From Kiritimatiellia bacterium (GTDB taxonomy: Bacteria > Verrucomicrobiota > Kiritimatiellia > UBA8416 > YA12-FULL-48-11), in NCBI GenBank assembly GCA_028716365.1, contig JAQUPZ010000002.1, forward strand, positions 449,005 through 513,004: a stretch of 64,000 nt of DNA. Direction: 5' to 3'. Both the position numbers and the translations under genes were made by a program. Under the pieces are notes generated by a model that did not search any database, was not told where the DNA came from, and saw only the letters and a program-made list of their open reading frames with translations. Positions 47,078-57,688 of the stretch are shown one piece after another. Position 1 is the stretch's first letter. Each line of letters begins with the position of its first letter.

Positions 47078-48469
47078 ATGTCCAATATTGTATCCTTTTA
47101 CATGCGTTACTATTCCGGATTACTGTTTATTCTGATTGCATGTCTCCCTTATGTTTCCATCCTCTGGCACTCAAAGCAGAACATCCAGACATCTGAATAT
47201 AATAAGGATAAAGAAATTATCTCCATCATTTCTCCCCACCGCAGGGAGGTTCGTTCGGAATACAGTCGCGGATTCCATGAGTGGATATTAAAAAAATATG
47301 GTCGAAACGTGGAAATCAGATGGCTCGACACAGGCGGAACTTCCAAAATTCTCAAGGAGATCGAATCACGTTATGCCACATCTCCAGATTCGCCGGGGGT
47401 GGATCTCATGTTTGGCGGCGGAATCGCTCCCTATTACACCGCCATCGAGAAAGGTTGGCTTGCCCGAATCGATCCGCCAAAAGAAATACTGGATACTATT
47501 CCCCTCCTTTGCGCCGGCGCAGCAGTTTATGACACCGGACATCGCTGGTTCGGTGTTGCACTCAGTGGTTTCGGTATCCTTTACAACAAACCTTTAATCG
47601 AACGGATGCATTTACCGGTTCCGGAAACATGGGAGGATCTGGCGCAACCGGTATTTCAGTCATGGATAGCCGCAAGCGATCCTCGCGCCAGCGGATCAGC
47701 CCACATGTGTTACGAAATAGTTTTTCAGGCATATGGTTTTGAAAAAGGATGGAGTTTGCTGACAAAGATTTGCGCCAATGTGCGCAATTTCAGTGAAGGC
47801 AGTGCCATGACTCCACTGGAAATTGCCTCCGGTCAAGTGGCAGCAGGAATGGTTGTCGATCAATATGCTGAGACCGCCATCAATAATGTCGGCCGCGATG
47901 CTCTCGTTTTTGTACTGCCAAAAGGACTGACCATTGTCGGCGCCGATTCCATAGCAATGTTGCGCGGTGCTCCATCACCTGCCCTCGCCCGGCTTTTTGT
48001 CACATATGTACTTTCCAGGGAAGGACAATTGCTGCTCTACCAATCCGCAGGTAAAGGAGGACAGTTACACTCCCTGCACCGTCTGCCCGTCAGGAAAGAC
48101 CTTTATGAAGTACCCGATGCTCCATCAACAAGACCTTATGACTTCCAGGGTGGTTTTGTTTACAACGACATGAAAGGCATGCGAAGATGGAAACTCGTAA
48201 ACGATCTTATCGGAATATGGCTCATTGATTCCCATGATGATCTTGTGAAAGCATGGAAAAAAGTTATCTATTATGGCATGAAACCGGAAATGGTTAACAA
48301 GCTTTGCGCACCGCCTGTTACAACCGATCAGGTAGATACATTCGCAGAACAAATGAATGATCCCCGTAAAGCCCGCGAAATAATAAAACAATGGGCTCTG
48401 GACGCAAAATCCCGCTATCGTGAACTTTCAGGCTTATCCTTTGCAGAAATCGATGTACATCAGCATTAA
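47078..48469 (+). CDS. ABC transporter periplasmic substrate-binding protein (family-1 SBP; ferric iron/thiamine type)
   Basis: Signal/anchor YYSGLLFILIACLPYVSILW, periplasmic-binding-protein fold. Start at the ATG of MSNIVSF; the ORF-track 5' extension overlaps rlmB. Confidence 0.7.
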   Translation: MSNIVSFYMRYYSGLLFILIACLPYVSILWHSKQNIQTSEYNKDKEIISIISPHRREVRSEYSRGFHEWILKKYGRNVEIRWLDTGGTSKILKEIESRYATSPDSPGVDLMFGGGIAPYYTAIEKGWLARIDPPKEILDTIPLLCAGAAVYDTGHRWFGVALSGFGILYNKPLIERMHLPVPETWEDLAQPVFQSWIAASDPRASGSAHMCYEIVFQAYGFEKGWSLLTKICANVRNFSEGSAMTPLEIASGQVAAGMVVDQYAETAINNVGRDALVFVLPKGLTIVGADSIAMLRGAPSPALARLFVTYVLSREGQLLLYQSAGKGGQLHSLHRLPVRKDLYEVPDAPSTRPYDFQGGFVYNDMKGMRRWKLVNDLIGIWLIDSHDDLVKAWKKVIYYGMKPEMVNKLCAPPVTTDQVDTFAEQMNDPRKAREIIKQWALDAKSRYRELSGLSFAEIDVHQH

Positions 48470-48490
48470 TCAACGGTTAAATACTCATTT

Positions 48491-49573
48491 ATGAAGGATT
48501 CATCATCCTCAATAGAAATCAGGGAAGTATCGAAGAAGTTCGGCCGGGTAACAGCACTGGACAAGGTGTCTTTTTCCGTAAAACCCGGTGAACTTTTCTT
48601 CGTTCTTGGTCCATCAGGCTGCGGTAAGACAACCATTCTCCGTATCCTTGCCGGACTGGAAACACCAGATTCGGGGGAAATCTTTTTTCATGGGAAAAAT
48701 ATCGCATCCTTGCCCCCATACCGGCGTGGTGCACCAATGGTATTCCAAAACTATGCACTTTGGCCGCATCTTTCAGTTTACGATAACATAGCTTTTGGCT
48801 TGGTCGAACGGAAAGTTCCGAAGAAAGAAATAAGAACAAGAACAGAAGAAACCCTTCGCCGTGTCGGTATGGAAAATCTGAGCACACGGATGCCTGGTCA
48901 ACTTTCAGGGGGACAGCAACAACGTGTTGTACTGGCACGTGCCCTCGTCCTGAACCCTGACATCATGCTGCTGGATGAACCTCTCTCCAACCTCGACGCC
49001 AAACTCCGCGGAGAAATGCGGGACGAAATTGAGAAACTTCACAGGGAAACCAGCATCACATTTATATACGTGACCCACGATCAAACCGAAGCTCTGTCCC
49101 TGGCTGATCGTCTTGTCGTCATGCAAAATGGAAAGATTTCGGCTATTGGAACGCCATTTGAACTATATCATCGCCCGGCAAACAAATTTTGTGCTGATTT
49201 CCTTGGCGAAGCTAACCTCCTGCCAGGTCGTATATCAGGGAAAAACGGAGAACTTCTTATCGTGGAAACCTCACTAGGTTCTTGGCTGGCTGTAAATTCA
49301 GTAAACAGTAAATTCGCAGAAGGTACCCTTGTCGAATGCCTCATTCGTCCGGAAAACATAAGGCCTTATCATCCGGGGAGAGATACAAATAAATTTGAGG
49401 CTGTTGTTCGTTCAATACGATTGAACGGTTCAACCGTAACCGCCGTCCTTCAAGCTGGAGGAATAACTTTAATGGCTACTCTATTAAACGAATATGCCGT
49501 CAACCTTAAGATCGGCAAGACAACACAGTGGTATGTAGCTCCGGAAAATATGGTAGCAATCGCAGAAGCCTAG
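48491..49573 (+). CDS. ABC transporter ATP-binding protein (FbpC/PotA-like with C-terminal TOBE domain)
   Basis: Walker A GPSGCGKTT, signature LSGGQQQRVVLARAL, Walker B LLDEP, H-loop. Confidence 0.9.
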   Translation: MKDSSSSIEIREVSKKFGRVTALDKVSFSVKPGELFFVLGPSGCGKTTILRILAGLETPDSGEIFFHGKNIASLPPYRRGAPMVFQNYALWPHLSVYDNIAFGLVERKVPKKEIRTRTEETLRRVGMENLSTRMPGQLSGGQQQRVVLARALVLNPDIMLLDEPLSNLDAKLRGEMRDEIEKLHRETSITFIYVTHDQTEALSLADRLVVMQNGKISAIGTPFELYHRPANKFCADFLGEANLLPGRISGKNGELLIVETSLGSWLAVNSVNSKFAEGTLVECLIRPENIRPYHPGRDTNKFEAVVRSIRLNGSTVTAVLQAGGITLMATLLNEYAVNLKIGKTTQWYVAPENMVAIAEA

Positions 49574-49579
49574 AAAATC

Positions 49580-51280
49580 ATGAGAACCCGGTCTAATAAC
49601 TATATCATGCTGATAATAATTCTCGTTTTTCTGGCAGTTTTCCTTGTCTGGCCAATGGCGTATGTTTTTAAGCGATCATTTATTGACAATAAAGGGTTTA
49701 CCCTTTTTTATTTTGGCAGTCTTCTTTCAGATCCACTCCAGCTTGAAGCAATCAGGACAAGTTTAATCATCGCTTTACTGGTCACCCTTGTTAGCCTGGT
49801 TATTGCATCACCTATCGCCTGGATCGTTGCACGCCGCTCCTTTCCCGCCAAGGCACTAATATCGGGACTGATTCTCCTGCCAATGATCCTGCCTCCATTT
49901 GTCGGTGCACTGGGCATGAAAATGATTTTTGCACGCTGTGGTGCCTTGAGCACTCTTCTCATGAATCTCAACCTGATCGACCATCCTGTCGACTGGCTGG
50001 GAACATATCCTTTATTCGGTGTCATCCTTCTCGAAGCACTGCATCTTTATCCTGTTTTATATCTCAACCTGGTTGCATCCTTTGCCAACATTGATCCTTC
50101 ACTCGAAGAATCCGCCGCCAATCTCGGCGCAACCCCATGGCATGTATTCCGCCGTATAGTTCTACCTCTCTCCATGCCCGGAATTTTCGCTGGTACCATT
50201 CTTGTTTTCATCTGGTCATTCACCGAACTGGGAACACCTCTTGTATTTGGACTACGCAGGGTTCTGCCGGTAATGATCTACGACAGCGTCAGCGAAGTTG
50301 GGACAAATCCGGCGGGTTATGCACAGGTTGTTCTGCTTTTACTCGTTGCCGCGGCAGGTTTCTGGATCAGCAAGCGCCTAACCCGCAGCGGTAACAACAT
50401 TTCCACTCTTGGCCGGCTTTCTGTTTCGAGGGAAGAGAAAAAAATGTCACCGGGAACTATTTTGGCCGTTTATCTCTTTATTGGATTCGTGATTTGTCTT
50501 TCTATTTTGCCTCATATAAGTGTTTTGATGGTGGCATCGAGCAAAAGATGGTTCCTCAGTGTCCTGCCTGAAAACTTCACTGTAGAATTTTTCAGACGGG
50601 CAGTCGGATCGGAAATGACTCAAACAGCTCTTTTTAACAGCTTGTCATTGTCACTGTGCGCCTCGATTATCGATCTTCTTGCTGGGTTTACGATTGCATG
50701 GCTTTGTGTCAGGCGTCGGATTGCAGGTTCTGCCTTGCTTGATACTTTGTCAATGCTTCCGCTCGCAGTTCCGGGTCTTATTATTGCGTTCGGTTATATG
50801 GGGTGCTTTAGCGGTTTGTTTCACGACCATCTCACGTTTCTGAATCCACGGGTCAACCCGATGGTACTGCTTGCTGTGAGTTATGCCATAAGGCGTTTAC
50901 CCTATATGGTACGTGCCGCGCATTCTGGCTTGGAGCAGACGAGTACGGTTTACGAAGAGGCTGCGGCAAATCTTGGTGCTTCACCATTCAGAGTTGTTTT
51001 GCGTGTCACATTCCCTCTGATAGCTGCAAATCTACTTGCCGGGGGTATACTCTGTTTTGCATTTTCGATGCTTGAAGTATCTGACAGCCTGATTCTTGCA
51101 CAATCGGATAAATTTTATCCAATAACCAAGGCTATTTATGCACTGATGGACAGCCTGGAAAATGGCGTCAATGTTGCATCAGCACTTGGTGCCTGGGGTA
51201 TGGCCCTTTTAGCCGCCGCACTTTTATGGGCGTCCTGCCTCCTTGGTAAGCGGCTTGGTCAGATGTTCCGCATATCGTAA
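49580..51280 (+). CDS. ABC transporter permease, duplicated (two fused MetI-like domains) as in ferric-iron FbpB-type permeases
   Basis: Two repeats of six TM helices, each with an EAA-like loop (EESAANLGATPWHVF; YEEAAANLGASPFRV). Confidence 0.85.
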   Translation: MRTRSNNYIMLIIILVFLAVFLVWPMAYVFKRSFIDNKGFTLFYFGSLLSDPLQLEAIRTSLIIALLVTLVSLVIASPIAWIVARRSFPAKALISGLILLPMILPPFVGALGMKMIFARCGALSTLLMNLNLIDHPVDWLGTYPLFGVILLEALHLYPVLYLNLVASFANIDPSLEESAANLGATPWHVFRRIVLPLSMPGIFAGTILVFIWSFTELGTPLVFGLRRVLPVMIYDSVSEVGTNPAGYAQVVLLLLVAAAGFWISKRLTRSGNNISTLGRLSVSREEKKMSPGTILAVYLFIGFVICLSILPHISVLMVASSKRWFLSVLPENFTVEFFRRAVGSEMTQTALFNSLSLSLCASIIDLLAGFTIAWLCVRRRIAGSALLDTLSMLPLAVPGLIIAFGYMGCFSGLFHDHLTFLNPRVNPMVLLAVSYAIRRLPYMVRAAHSGLEQTSTVYEEAAANLGASPFRVVLRVTFPLIAANLLAGGILCFAFSMLEVSDSLILAQSDKFYPITKAIYALMDSLENGVNVASALGAWGMALLAAALLWASCLLGKRLGQMFRIS

Positions 51281-51420
51281 AAGAATCATGAACAGGCCAT
51301 TCCGGAGCTAATGCTTTGGTTCCAAACCATCCTTTGTTGAATTTGACACTGAAACCGGAAAAGCGTATCAACTTAACGTAAAGCAGACCTCAAGAACCGT
51401 AAACAAAGGAGTAAACAGTT

Positions 51421-52245
51421 ATGACGTCAGTAGCATCAATAAAGGTTATTATCTTCTCGTTTTTTGCAGTTGGTTTGGCATTAACATCAGTAACCACAAG
51501 TATCGCCCAGGGAAAAGCCTCAAAACGTTGCGTCGTCGTGTGGTCCGAAGGTACGGCCCCTAAAAACGTTTACCCAAAGGACATCAATAGCGCCATCGCT
51601 GAAGGACTTGCCTGCCTGGAGGAATGGGAAGTTGTCATTGCCAACTTAAGTGACCCGGATCAGGGACTTCCTGATGCTCTGTTGAACCGTGCCGATGTAC
51701 TGATATGGTGGGGTCATAAAAAACACGGTGAAGTCAAAGATGAATTGGCTGCTAAAATCGAGAAACGTGTAAAAGAAGATGGAATGGGATTTATCTCTCT
51801 GCACTCAGCTCATTTTGCCAAGGCAAATATCAAGCTGATGAGTGTGTGTGAAACCAAGAAAGAAATACTTGACCAGGTCCACCCAAAGAATCGCGTGGCC
51901 GCCTGGGGTGCATACAAGGGCGATTCAACAATTCTCACGATCAAAGTAAAGGATGAGTCCCACCCAATTGCAAAGGGTATTCCGAAAGAATTCAGCCTGC
52001 CCCACAGCGAACGTTACAGTGATCCTTATGCTGTACCGGAAGCCAAATCTATAGTTTTTGAAGGCGTTCACGAACTTAAGGATGGCGGTAAAGATCCCTC
52101 CAAGCAGGGTTTTTGTTGGGATATCGGTAAAGGCAAAATGTTCTATTTCCAGCCAGGACACGAAACCAATCCAATATTCTTCGATGCAAACATCCGGAAG
52201 ATCATTGCCAACGCTGTCCTCTGGGCTGCACCCTGCAAGAAATAG
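51421..52245 (+). CDS. ThuA-like (trehalose utilisation / GATase1-like) secreted protein
   Basis: Signal peptide. DVLIWWGHKKHGEV and GMGFISLHSAHF match ThuA family conserved blocks. Confidence 0.7.
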   Translation: MTSVASIKVIIFSFFAVGLALTSVTTSIAQGKASKRCVVVWSEGTAPKNVYPKDINSAIAEGLACLEEWEVVIANLSDPDQGLPDALLNRADVLIWWGHKKHGEVKDELAAKIEKRVKEDGMGFISLHSAHFAKANIKLMSVCETKKEILDQVHPKNRVAAWGAYKGDSTILTIKVKDESHPIAKGIPKEFSLPHSERYSDPYAVPEAKSIVFEGVHELKDGGKDPSKQGFCWDIGKGKMFYFQPGHETNPIFFDANIRKIIANAVLWAAPCKK

Positions 52246-52271
52246 CATTTAAGGCAGAAATAACCTTAAAC

Positions 52272-52310
52272 AAAAAGCCGGCCTTTCCTCTCGGAATTGC
52301 CGGCTTTTAA
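52272..52310. terminator. bidirectional rho-independent terminator between convergent genes
   Basis: AAAAAGCCGGC-cctttcctctcggaatt-GCCGGCTTTTAAAA is a GC stem with A tracts on one side and T tracts on the other. Confidence 0.55.
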
Positions 52311-52329
52311 AATCCATTTAAACAGATAA

Positions 52330-53334
52330 CTATTCCTTTATAACAAGTGTACCGGGCTTCGGACTCTTTTCGCCGGAAACGATGTCACAATATGACATTT
52401 TCTCATCAACCCTTGAAACCTTCAATGACCCAAGAACCTTCCCTTTCTCTCTTCCAAGGATTGCACCGGAATTTGGATCGGTAAGCAGCTCACCTTCCTC
52501 AACCATACTCATGGTTTGACCAACTTCCACCCCGAATTCCGAACCGCGATTAATAATCACAGTGTTACCGGAAACTTTCACAACACAGCCGTCAAATTTG
52601 ATCTTTTCCATTTCTTTCGCCAGGAAAATTGCAGCCTGGTTGATACAGTCCTGCGCAGCTTCACCCATCGGGGTTTTCTTGAAGCCACCCAGTTCCGTAC
52701 TTATGCCCTTGACGCTCAAGCCGACATTCATATTCACCCTGCCAGCCTTGCCGACAATCGACTTTTTGGCGACAACTTCGCTTGTGGTTGTATCAACCAG
52801 CTTGGCAATAATTGTTATCTGGGCAGATGACTTGCCACCACCAAGACTGATATTTCTAAAAGAAATTCCACCCAGCCCACCAGATGTACCTTCTTCCGCG
52901 GTGGTCACAGCACCAGTTGCAATATAACGCGCTGGACGAACCAGCCCCGTCTGTGCAACTTTCTTGGCCTTTGCAGTCCTGCCGCTTGCCACAAGATCCT
53001 GCTCCAAGAGGACATCGCCAAGTTTCTCACGTTCTACGACAACAAATCGACCGGTATCATAAAGAGCCGACTCAAGCATTATGGAAAGATTGTGCCCAAG
53101 GTCCCATCTCCCGGACCAACCAGCCTGATTCTGAAAATCCTTGCACCCCACGGCATGCTTAAGCCCCTTGAACTCACCCAACTCCATTTTGGCATCACCA
53201 TCGGATGTCTTAGTTCCTACCATCTGGTCCAGAAGCGCACATCCGCTCGCAGCCATTACAAGAACAAAACCAACAGACGAAATCACTGCTTTTAAATATT
53301 TTACAGGCATTGTTACCTCCATTTTTGATGACAC
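52330..53334 (-). CDS. CsgG-family lipoprotein with ~90-aa C-terminal extension
   Basis: Lipobox MAASGC. LSIMLESALYDTGRFVVVEREKLGDVLLEQDL aligns with CsgG MLVTALKDSRWFIPLERQGLQNLLNERKI. TTAEEGTSGGLGGISF corresponds to GYESNVKSGGVGARYF. Confidence 0.6.
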   Translation of the reverse strand: MSSKMEVTMPVKYLKAVISSVGFVLVMAASGCALLDQMVGTKTSDGDAKMELGEFKGLKHAVGCKDFQNQAGWSGRWDLGHNLSIMLESALYDTGRFVVVEREKLGDVLLEQDLVASGRTAKAKKVAQTGLVRPARYIATGAVTTAEEGTSGGLGGISFRNISLGGGKSSAQITIIAKLVDTTTSEVVAKKSIVGKAGRVNMNVGLSVKGISTELGGFKKTPMGEAAQDCINQAAIFLAKEMEKIKFDGCVVKVSGNTVIINRGSEFGVEVGQTMSMVEEGELLTDPNSGAILGREKGKVLGSLKVSRVDEKMSYCDIVSGEKSPKPGTLVIKE

Positions 53335-53367
53335 CTTACGACGAATATCAGAACACTATAATAAAAG

Positions 53368-54603
53368 TTATTCAAACTTTTTCAGAAGCAAACATGCATT
53401 GTGCCCGCCGAAACCAAACGAATTATTAAGGCAGACATTGACTTTAGCCTGACGAGCCGTGTTCGGTACATAATCCAGATCGCACTCCGGATCAGGTGTT
53501 TCGTAGTTAATTGTGGGAGGTACCACCTGATCGCGTAACGCAAGCGCACAGATCGCTGTTTCAAGTCCACCTGCTGCGCCAAGGAGATGACCCGTCATCG
53601 ATTTTGTGGAGCTGATCATCACCTTCTTCGCGTAATCACCAAACGCTCCCTTGATCGCCCTTGTTTCAATCTTATCATTCAAAGGTGTGCTGGTGCCATG
53701 GGCATTGATATAATCGATATTTTCGACATTCATGCCCGCATCCCTGATTGCACCTTTCATTGCACGGGCGGCGCCGTCACCGTCATCAGCAGGAGCTGTC
53801 ATGTGAAACGCATCACAACTCAGCCCGAAACCGCCGATTTCACAGTAAATTTTTGCACCGCGCTTTTTTGCCCTCTCCAGTTCTTCAATTACAACAAGGC
53901 CGGCCCCATCGCCCATGACAAAACCATCACGATTAGCATCAAAAGGACGGCTTGCTTTTTCAGGTGAATCATTACGGGTGCTTAATGCCCGCAGCGCACA
54001 GAAACCGGCAATTCCAAGTTCACACACCGATGCTTCTGCACCACCTGAAAGCATAACATCAGCATCACCACGCTGAATCAGCCGCAAAGCATCTCCGATA
54101 CTGTGAGCAGCAGATGCACAGGCCGAAACCACGGAATAATTCGGCCCCTTCATATTAAACTCAATGGCTATCAACCCGCCGGCCATGTTGGCGATCATCT
54201 GCGGGATCATGAATGGAGAACAACGGTCAGGCCCTTTCTCTTTCAAAACTGTATGCTGAACTTCCAGAGTTTGCAGCCCGCCGATTCCGGAACCGATAAT
54301 GGCACCTACTCTTTCCGGATTCTCAGCCTTCATATCAATCCCTGAATCAATCATCGCCATTTTGGCGGCACTCATTGCAAAAAGGCTGAATTCATCCATG
54401 CGTCGCTGTTCTTTCTTTGGAACGAATGAATTAATATCGAATTCGACAACCTCTCCGGCAATCTGCGCCGTAAAGCGTGACGGATCAAACTTCTGAATAC
54501 GTCTTATACCGGAATGTCCCGCATTAAGACGTTCCCATACTGTTTTCAGTTCACACCCAAGAGGTGAGACTATTCCTATGCCTGTTATTACTACCCGTCT
54601 CAT
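53368..54603 (-). CDS. fabF: beta-ketoacyl-ACP synthase II
   Basis: Active-site Cys (SACASAAHSIG), HGTSTPLND and NSFGFGGHNA motifs. Confidence 0.9.
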   Translation of the reverse strand: MRRVVITGIGIVSPLGCELKTVWERLNAGHSGIRRIQKFDPSRFTAQIAGEVVEFDINSFVPKKEQRRMDEFSLFAMSAAKMAMIDSGIDMKAENPERVGAIIGSGIGGLQTLEVQHTVLKEKGPDRCSPFMIPQMIANMAGGLIAIEFNMKGPNYSVVSACASAAHSIGDALRLIQRGDADVMLSGGAEASVCELGIAGFCALRALSTRNDSPEKASRPFDANRDGFVMGDGAGLVVIEELERAKKRGAKIYCEIGGFGLSCDAFHMTAPADDGDGAARAMKGAIRDAGMNVENIDYINAHGTSTPLNDKIETRAIKGAFGDYAKKVMISSTKSMTGHLLGAAGGLETAICALALRDQVVPPTINYETPDPECDLDYVPNTARQAKVNVCLNNSFGFGGHNACLLLKKFE

Positions 54604-54637
54604 ATATTCAGATCTCGCTCCACAGCCCTACAGCCCC

Positions 54638-54675
54638 CAGAAAAACGCGGGGAGACGCTTACATCTCCCCGCGTT
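54638..54675 (-). terminator. intrinsic terminator/attenuator hairpin between acpP and fabF
   Basis: Perfect 12-bp inverted repeat AACGCGGGGAGA-cgcttaca-TCTCCCCGCGTT, followed on the minus strand by a TTTTTCT run. Confidence 0.55.
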
Positions 54676-54694
54676 TCTTAAACTGCCAAATTGT

Positions 54695-54934
54695 TCAACC
54701 GGAGAACCCCTTACTCTTTAAGTACTCAATAACCCCTCCGACTGTCTTCAATTTCTCCGCATCTTCATCCGGGATTTCGGCACCGAATTCCTCTTCGAAA
54801 GCCATAACGAGTTCAACCGTATCAAGCGAATCAGCGCCCAGATCCTCAATAAAAGAAGCCTGCGGTGTTACCTGTTCAGCATTAACACCCAACTGTTCTA
54901 CAATAATTTCCTTCACTTTGTCTTCAAGTGCCAT
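54695..54934 (-). CDS. acpP: acyl carrier protein
   Basis: [20 protein letters not shown] phosphopantetheine-site motif. Confidence 0.9.
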   Translation of the reverse strand: MALEDKVKEIIVEQLGVNAEQVTPQASFIEDLGADSLDTVELVMAFEEEFGAEIPDEDAEKLKTVGGVIEYLKSKGFSG

Positions 54935-54951
54935 ATTCCTTTTCTCCTTTC

Positions 54952-55695
54952 CTACATTACCATTCCACCGCTAACCGTCAGCACCTGGCCAGTCATGTAC
55001 GACGAGGCATCGCTCGCCAGAAACAAAACCACCTTGGCTACATCTGCCGGAGTACCAAAACGTTTCATCGGAATTACCTGCAACATCTTATTCCGGATGT
55101 CCTCCGACAGAACTTCAGTCATCTTGGTCTCAATAAATCCAGGCGCAACGGCATTAACACGCACACCTCTCGACGCCAGCTCTTTTGCAGCCGATTTCGT
55201 CAGCGCTATCACGCCAGCCTTTGAGGCAGCATAATTACACTGTCCCGCATTCCCTATCAAGCCAATAATTGACGAAATATTAACGATTACACCGCTCTCC
55301 TGTTTCATCATGGGCCTGGCAACCGCTTTGGTGAAGAGAAATGTACCTTTTAAATTCACCGAAATTACAGCATCCCAATCTTCTTCCTTCATACGGATAA
55401 GTAATGTGTCCTTTGTAATTCCGGCATTGTTGATCATAATATCAATTCTTCCCATAGTCTTGATAATTTCAGATACAGTGCCATCCACACCGCTTGCATT
55501 ACTAACGTCAACGGCAAAACAAACAGCTTTTCGGCCATTTTTCTTAACAGCTTCAGCAGTTTCGCTTAACCATTCAACTTTCAGATCACATAATGCAATA
55601 TCAGCACCTGCTGCCGATAGTTCTTCCGCTATTACCCGTCCGATACCACGGGCTGCACCAGTAACAACCGCCACTTTCCCATCAAGTAATCCCAT
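54952..55695 (-). CDS. fabG: 3-oxoacyl-ACP reductase
   Basis: SDR Rossmann motif TGAARGIG, catalytic YAASKAG. Confidence 0.9.
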   Translation of the reverse strand: MGLLDGKVAVVTGAARGIGRVIAEELSAAGADIALCDLKVEWLSETAEAVKKNGRKAVCFAVDVSNASGVDGTVSEIIKTMGRIDIMINNAGITKDTLLIRMKEEDWDAVISVNLKGTFLFTKAVARPMMKQESGVIVNISSIIGLIGNAGQCNYAASKAGVIALTKSAAKELASRGVRVNAVAPGFIETKMTEVLSEDIRNKMLQVIPMKRFGTPADVAKVVLFLASDASSYMTGQVLTVSGGMVM

Positions 55696-55735
55696 AGTCT
55701 ACCTGCATTCTTTTATTTTTGACATTTACTTTGAA

Positions 55736-56659
55736 TTACGAAGTTGTAACAGCCTTATTCAAAGTTACAATATCCTGAATATTAACGGCGACTGCACTAC
55801 TGTCAATGCGCTTTATCAGGCCAGTCAACACTCTGCCCGGTCCACATTCGACGTACTCAGTCACGCCATTATTCCTGAACCAATTAACGCACGAAACCCA
55901 CTGCACTGATGAAGTTACCTGCCTCACCATCTCCCGGCGTATATCATCAGGAGCACCGTGAGGCATGCCGGTGGCATTTGCCACAACTGGAATCTTCGGC
56001 TGACTTATCTCAACCTTAATCAGAAAATCTTTCAACTTACCGGCGGCTGAGACCATAAGCTTAGAATGAAACGCACCGGCCACATTCAGAATAACAGTTT
56101 TCTTGGCGCCTGCTTCCTTTGCTAGCCTCTCGGCAGCTTCAATTGCCTGACGTTCACCTGATAATACCGTCTGCTCTGGAGAATTTAAATTAGCAATCTC
56201 AACACCGGTCTTTGCGCAAACATCTCTTAGTTTATCAGTAACAAGACCGATAACACTGACCATTCCACCCTTTTTTTCCTCGCATGCCTCCTGCATGAAG
56301 CGGCCCCTGGCCTGCAGAACTCGAAGCGTATCTTCAAATGTAAGCGCACCGGCCATGTGCAACGCCGACCATTCACCGAGGCTTAATCCAGCCGTACCTT
56401 TAACAGGCACATTCCCAACTTTGCTGGAAAACATCTTCCAACAGGCAATACTGGAAACAAAAATCGCGGGCTGGCAATTACTGGACTTTGTCAATTCTTC
56501 GATAGGTCCTTCAAAACAGAGTTTAGAAAGCTTAAACCCGAGTACTTCGTCTGCCTTGTCAAAAAGCGCCTTACACTCCGGATATGTATCGGCAAGATCT
56601 TTCCCCATACCCACTGCCTGCGCTCCCTGTCCAGCAAACACTATAGCTTTTTCCTTCAT
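55736..56659 (-). CDS. fabD: malonyl-CoA:ACP transacylase
   Basis: GLSLGEWSAL active-site motif and FAGQGAQ N-terminus. Confidence 0.9.
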   Translation of the reverse strand: MKEKAIVFAGQGAQAVGMGKDLADTYPECKALFDKADEVLGFKLSKLCFEGPIEELTKSSNCQPAIFVSSIACWKMFSSKVGNVPVKGTAGLSLGEWSALHMAGALTFEDTLRVLQARGRFMQEACEEKKGGMVSVIGLVTDKLRDVCAKTGVEIANLNSPEQTVLSGERQAIEAAERLAKEAGAKKTVILNVAGAFHSKLMVSAAGKLKDFLIKVEISQPKIPVVANATGMPHGAPDDIRREMVRQVTSSVQWVSCVNWFRNNGVTEYVECGPGRVLTGLIKRIDSSAVAVNIQDIVTLNKAVTTS

Positions 56660-56680
56660 ATCAGCCTTTCGTCGATATTA

Positions 56681-57688
56681 CTAAATCTCAACTATCATGG
56701 CGCCCCAGGTAAAACCACCCCCGAAAACAACGAACATGACAAGATCACCTTTTTTTACCCTGCCACATTTAATGGCTTCATCCAATGCCACAGGTACAGA
56801 CGCACTTGACATATTCCCCACCTTATCCAGATTGATAAAGAACTTTTCTTCCATGGTAGTACCAAGTTTTTCGGCTATTGCATCGAGTATGCGGATATTA
56901 GCCTGGTGAGGAATCACACAGGCAATATCTTTGATTGTCAGTCCATTTCGATCCAAGAGTTCAACTCCGGTATCATACATGCAACGGACCGCATGCTTGA
57001 AGACCTGATTACCCGACATCTTCATGAAATGCATTCTCTGCTCTATAGTCTTCAAACTCGTCGGACACCTGCTTCCACCACCGGGAATACACAGAAGATC
57101 TGTCAGATTTCCGTCCGATTTCATAATTGTGTCAACTATGCCCCTGCCGGTTTCTTTCGACTGGAGCACAACTGCACCAGCCCCGTCGCCAAACAAAACG
57201 CATGTCCCCCTGTCTTCCCAGTCAGTTAAAGAACTGAGCTTCTCCGATCCGACAACAAGGGCTGTCTTTATTGTACCACTGACAATATACTGCCTTGCTG
57301 TTTCCACCGCAAAAACGAACCCGGAACATGCTGCTTCGAGGTCAAAGCAGGAAGCGTTCTTTGCACCTATTATTTTCTGAATAAAACATGCAGTATTTGG
57401 AAAAACCATATCCTTTGATATAGTGGCGACAATTATCATGTCAATCTGTTCGGGTGAAATACCTGCATTTGTAAGCGCACAAAGTGCCGCTTTGGCACCC
57501 ATATCTGATGCGGATTCATTCTCAGCGGCAATTCGTCTTTCTTTTATACCAGTTCGGGTCACAATCCATTCGTTGGTTGTATCCACCATTTTTTCCAAGT
57601 CGGCGTTTGTTAAAATGTGTTCCGGTAAATACGATCCGATTCCCACAATTGAAACATTCTTCATAACTTTCCCAGCCTGTCCCATCAA
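56681..57688 (-). CDS. fabH: 3-oxoacyl-ACP synthase III
   Basis: AACSGF active-site Cys, VIPHQANIRI and GGGFTWG motifs. The start may be the internal MKNVSIVGIG (57661). Confidence 0.85.
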   Translation of the reverse strand: MMGQAGKVMKNVSIVGIGSYLPEHILTNADLEKMVDTTNEWIVTRTGIKERRIAAENESASDMGAKAALCALTNAGISPEQIDMIIVATISKDMVFPNTACFIQKIIGAKNASCFDLEAACSGFVFAVETARQYIVSGTIKTALVVGSEKLSSLTDWEDRGTCVLFGDGAGAVVLQSKETGRGIVDTIMKSDGNLTDLLCIPGGGSRCPTSLKTIEQRMHFMKMSGNQVFKHAVRCMYDTGVELLDRNGLTIKDIACVIPHQANIRILDAIAEKLGTTMEEKFFINLDKVGNMSSASVPVALDEAIKCGRVKKGDLVMFVVFGGGFTWGAMIVEI

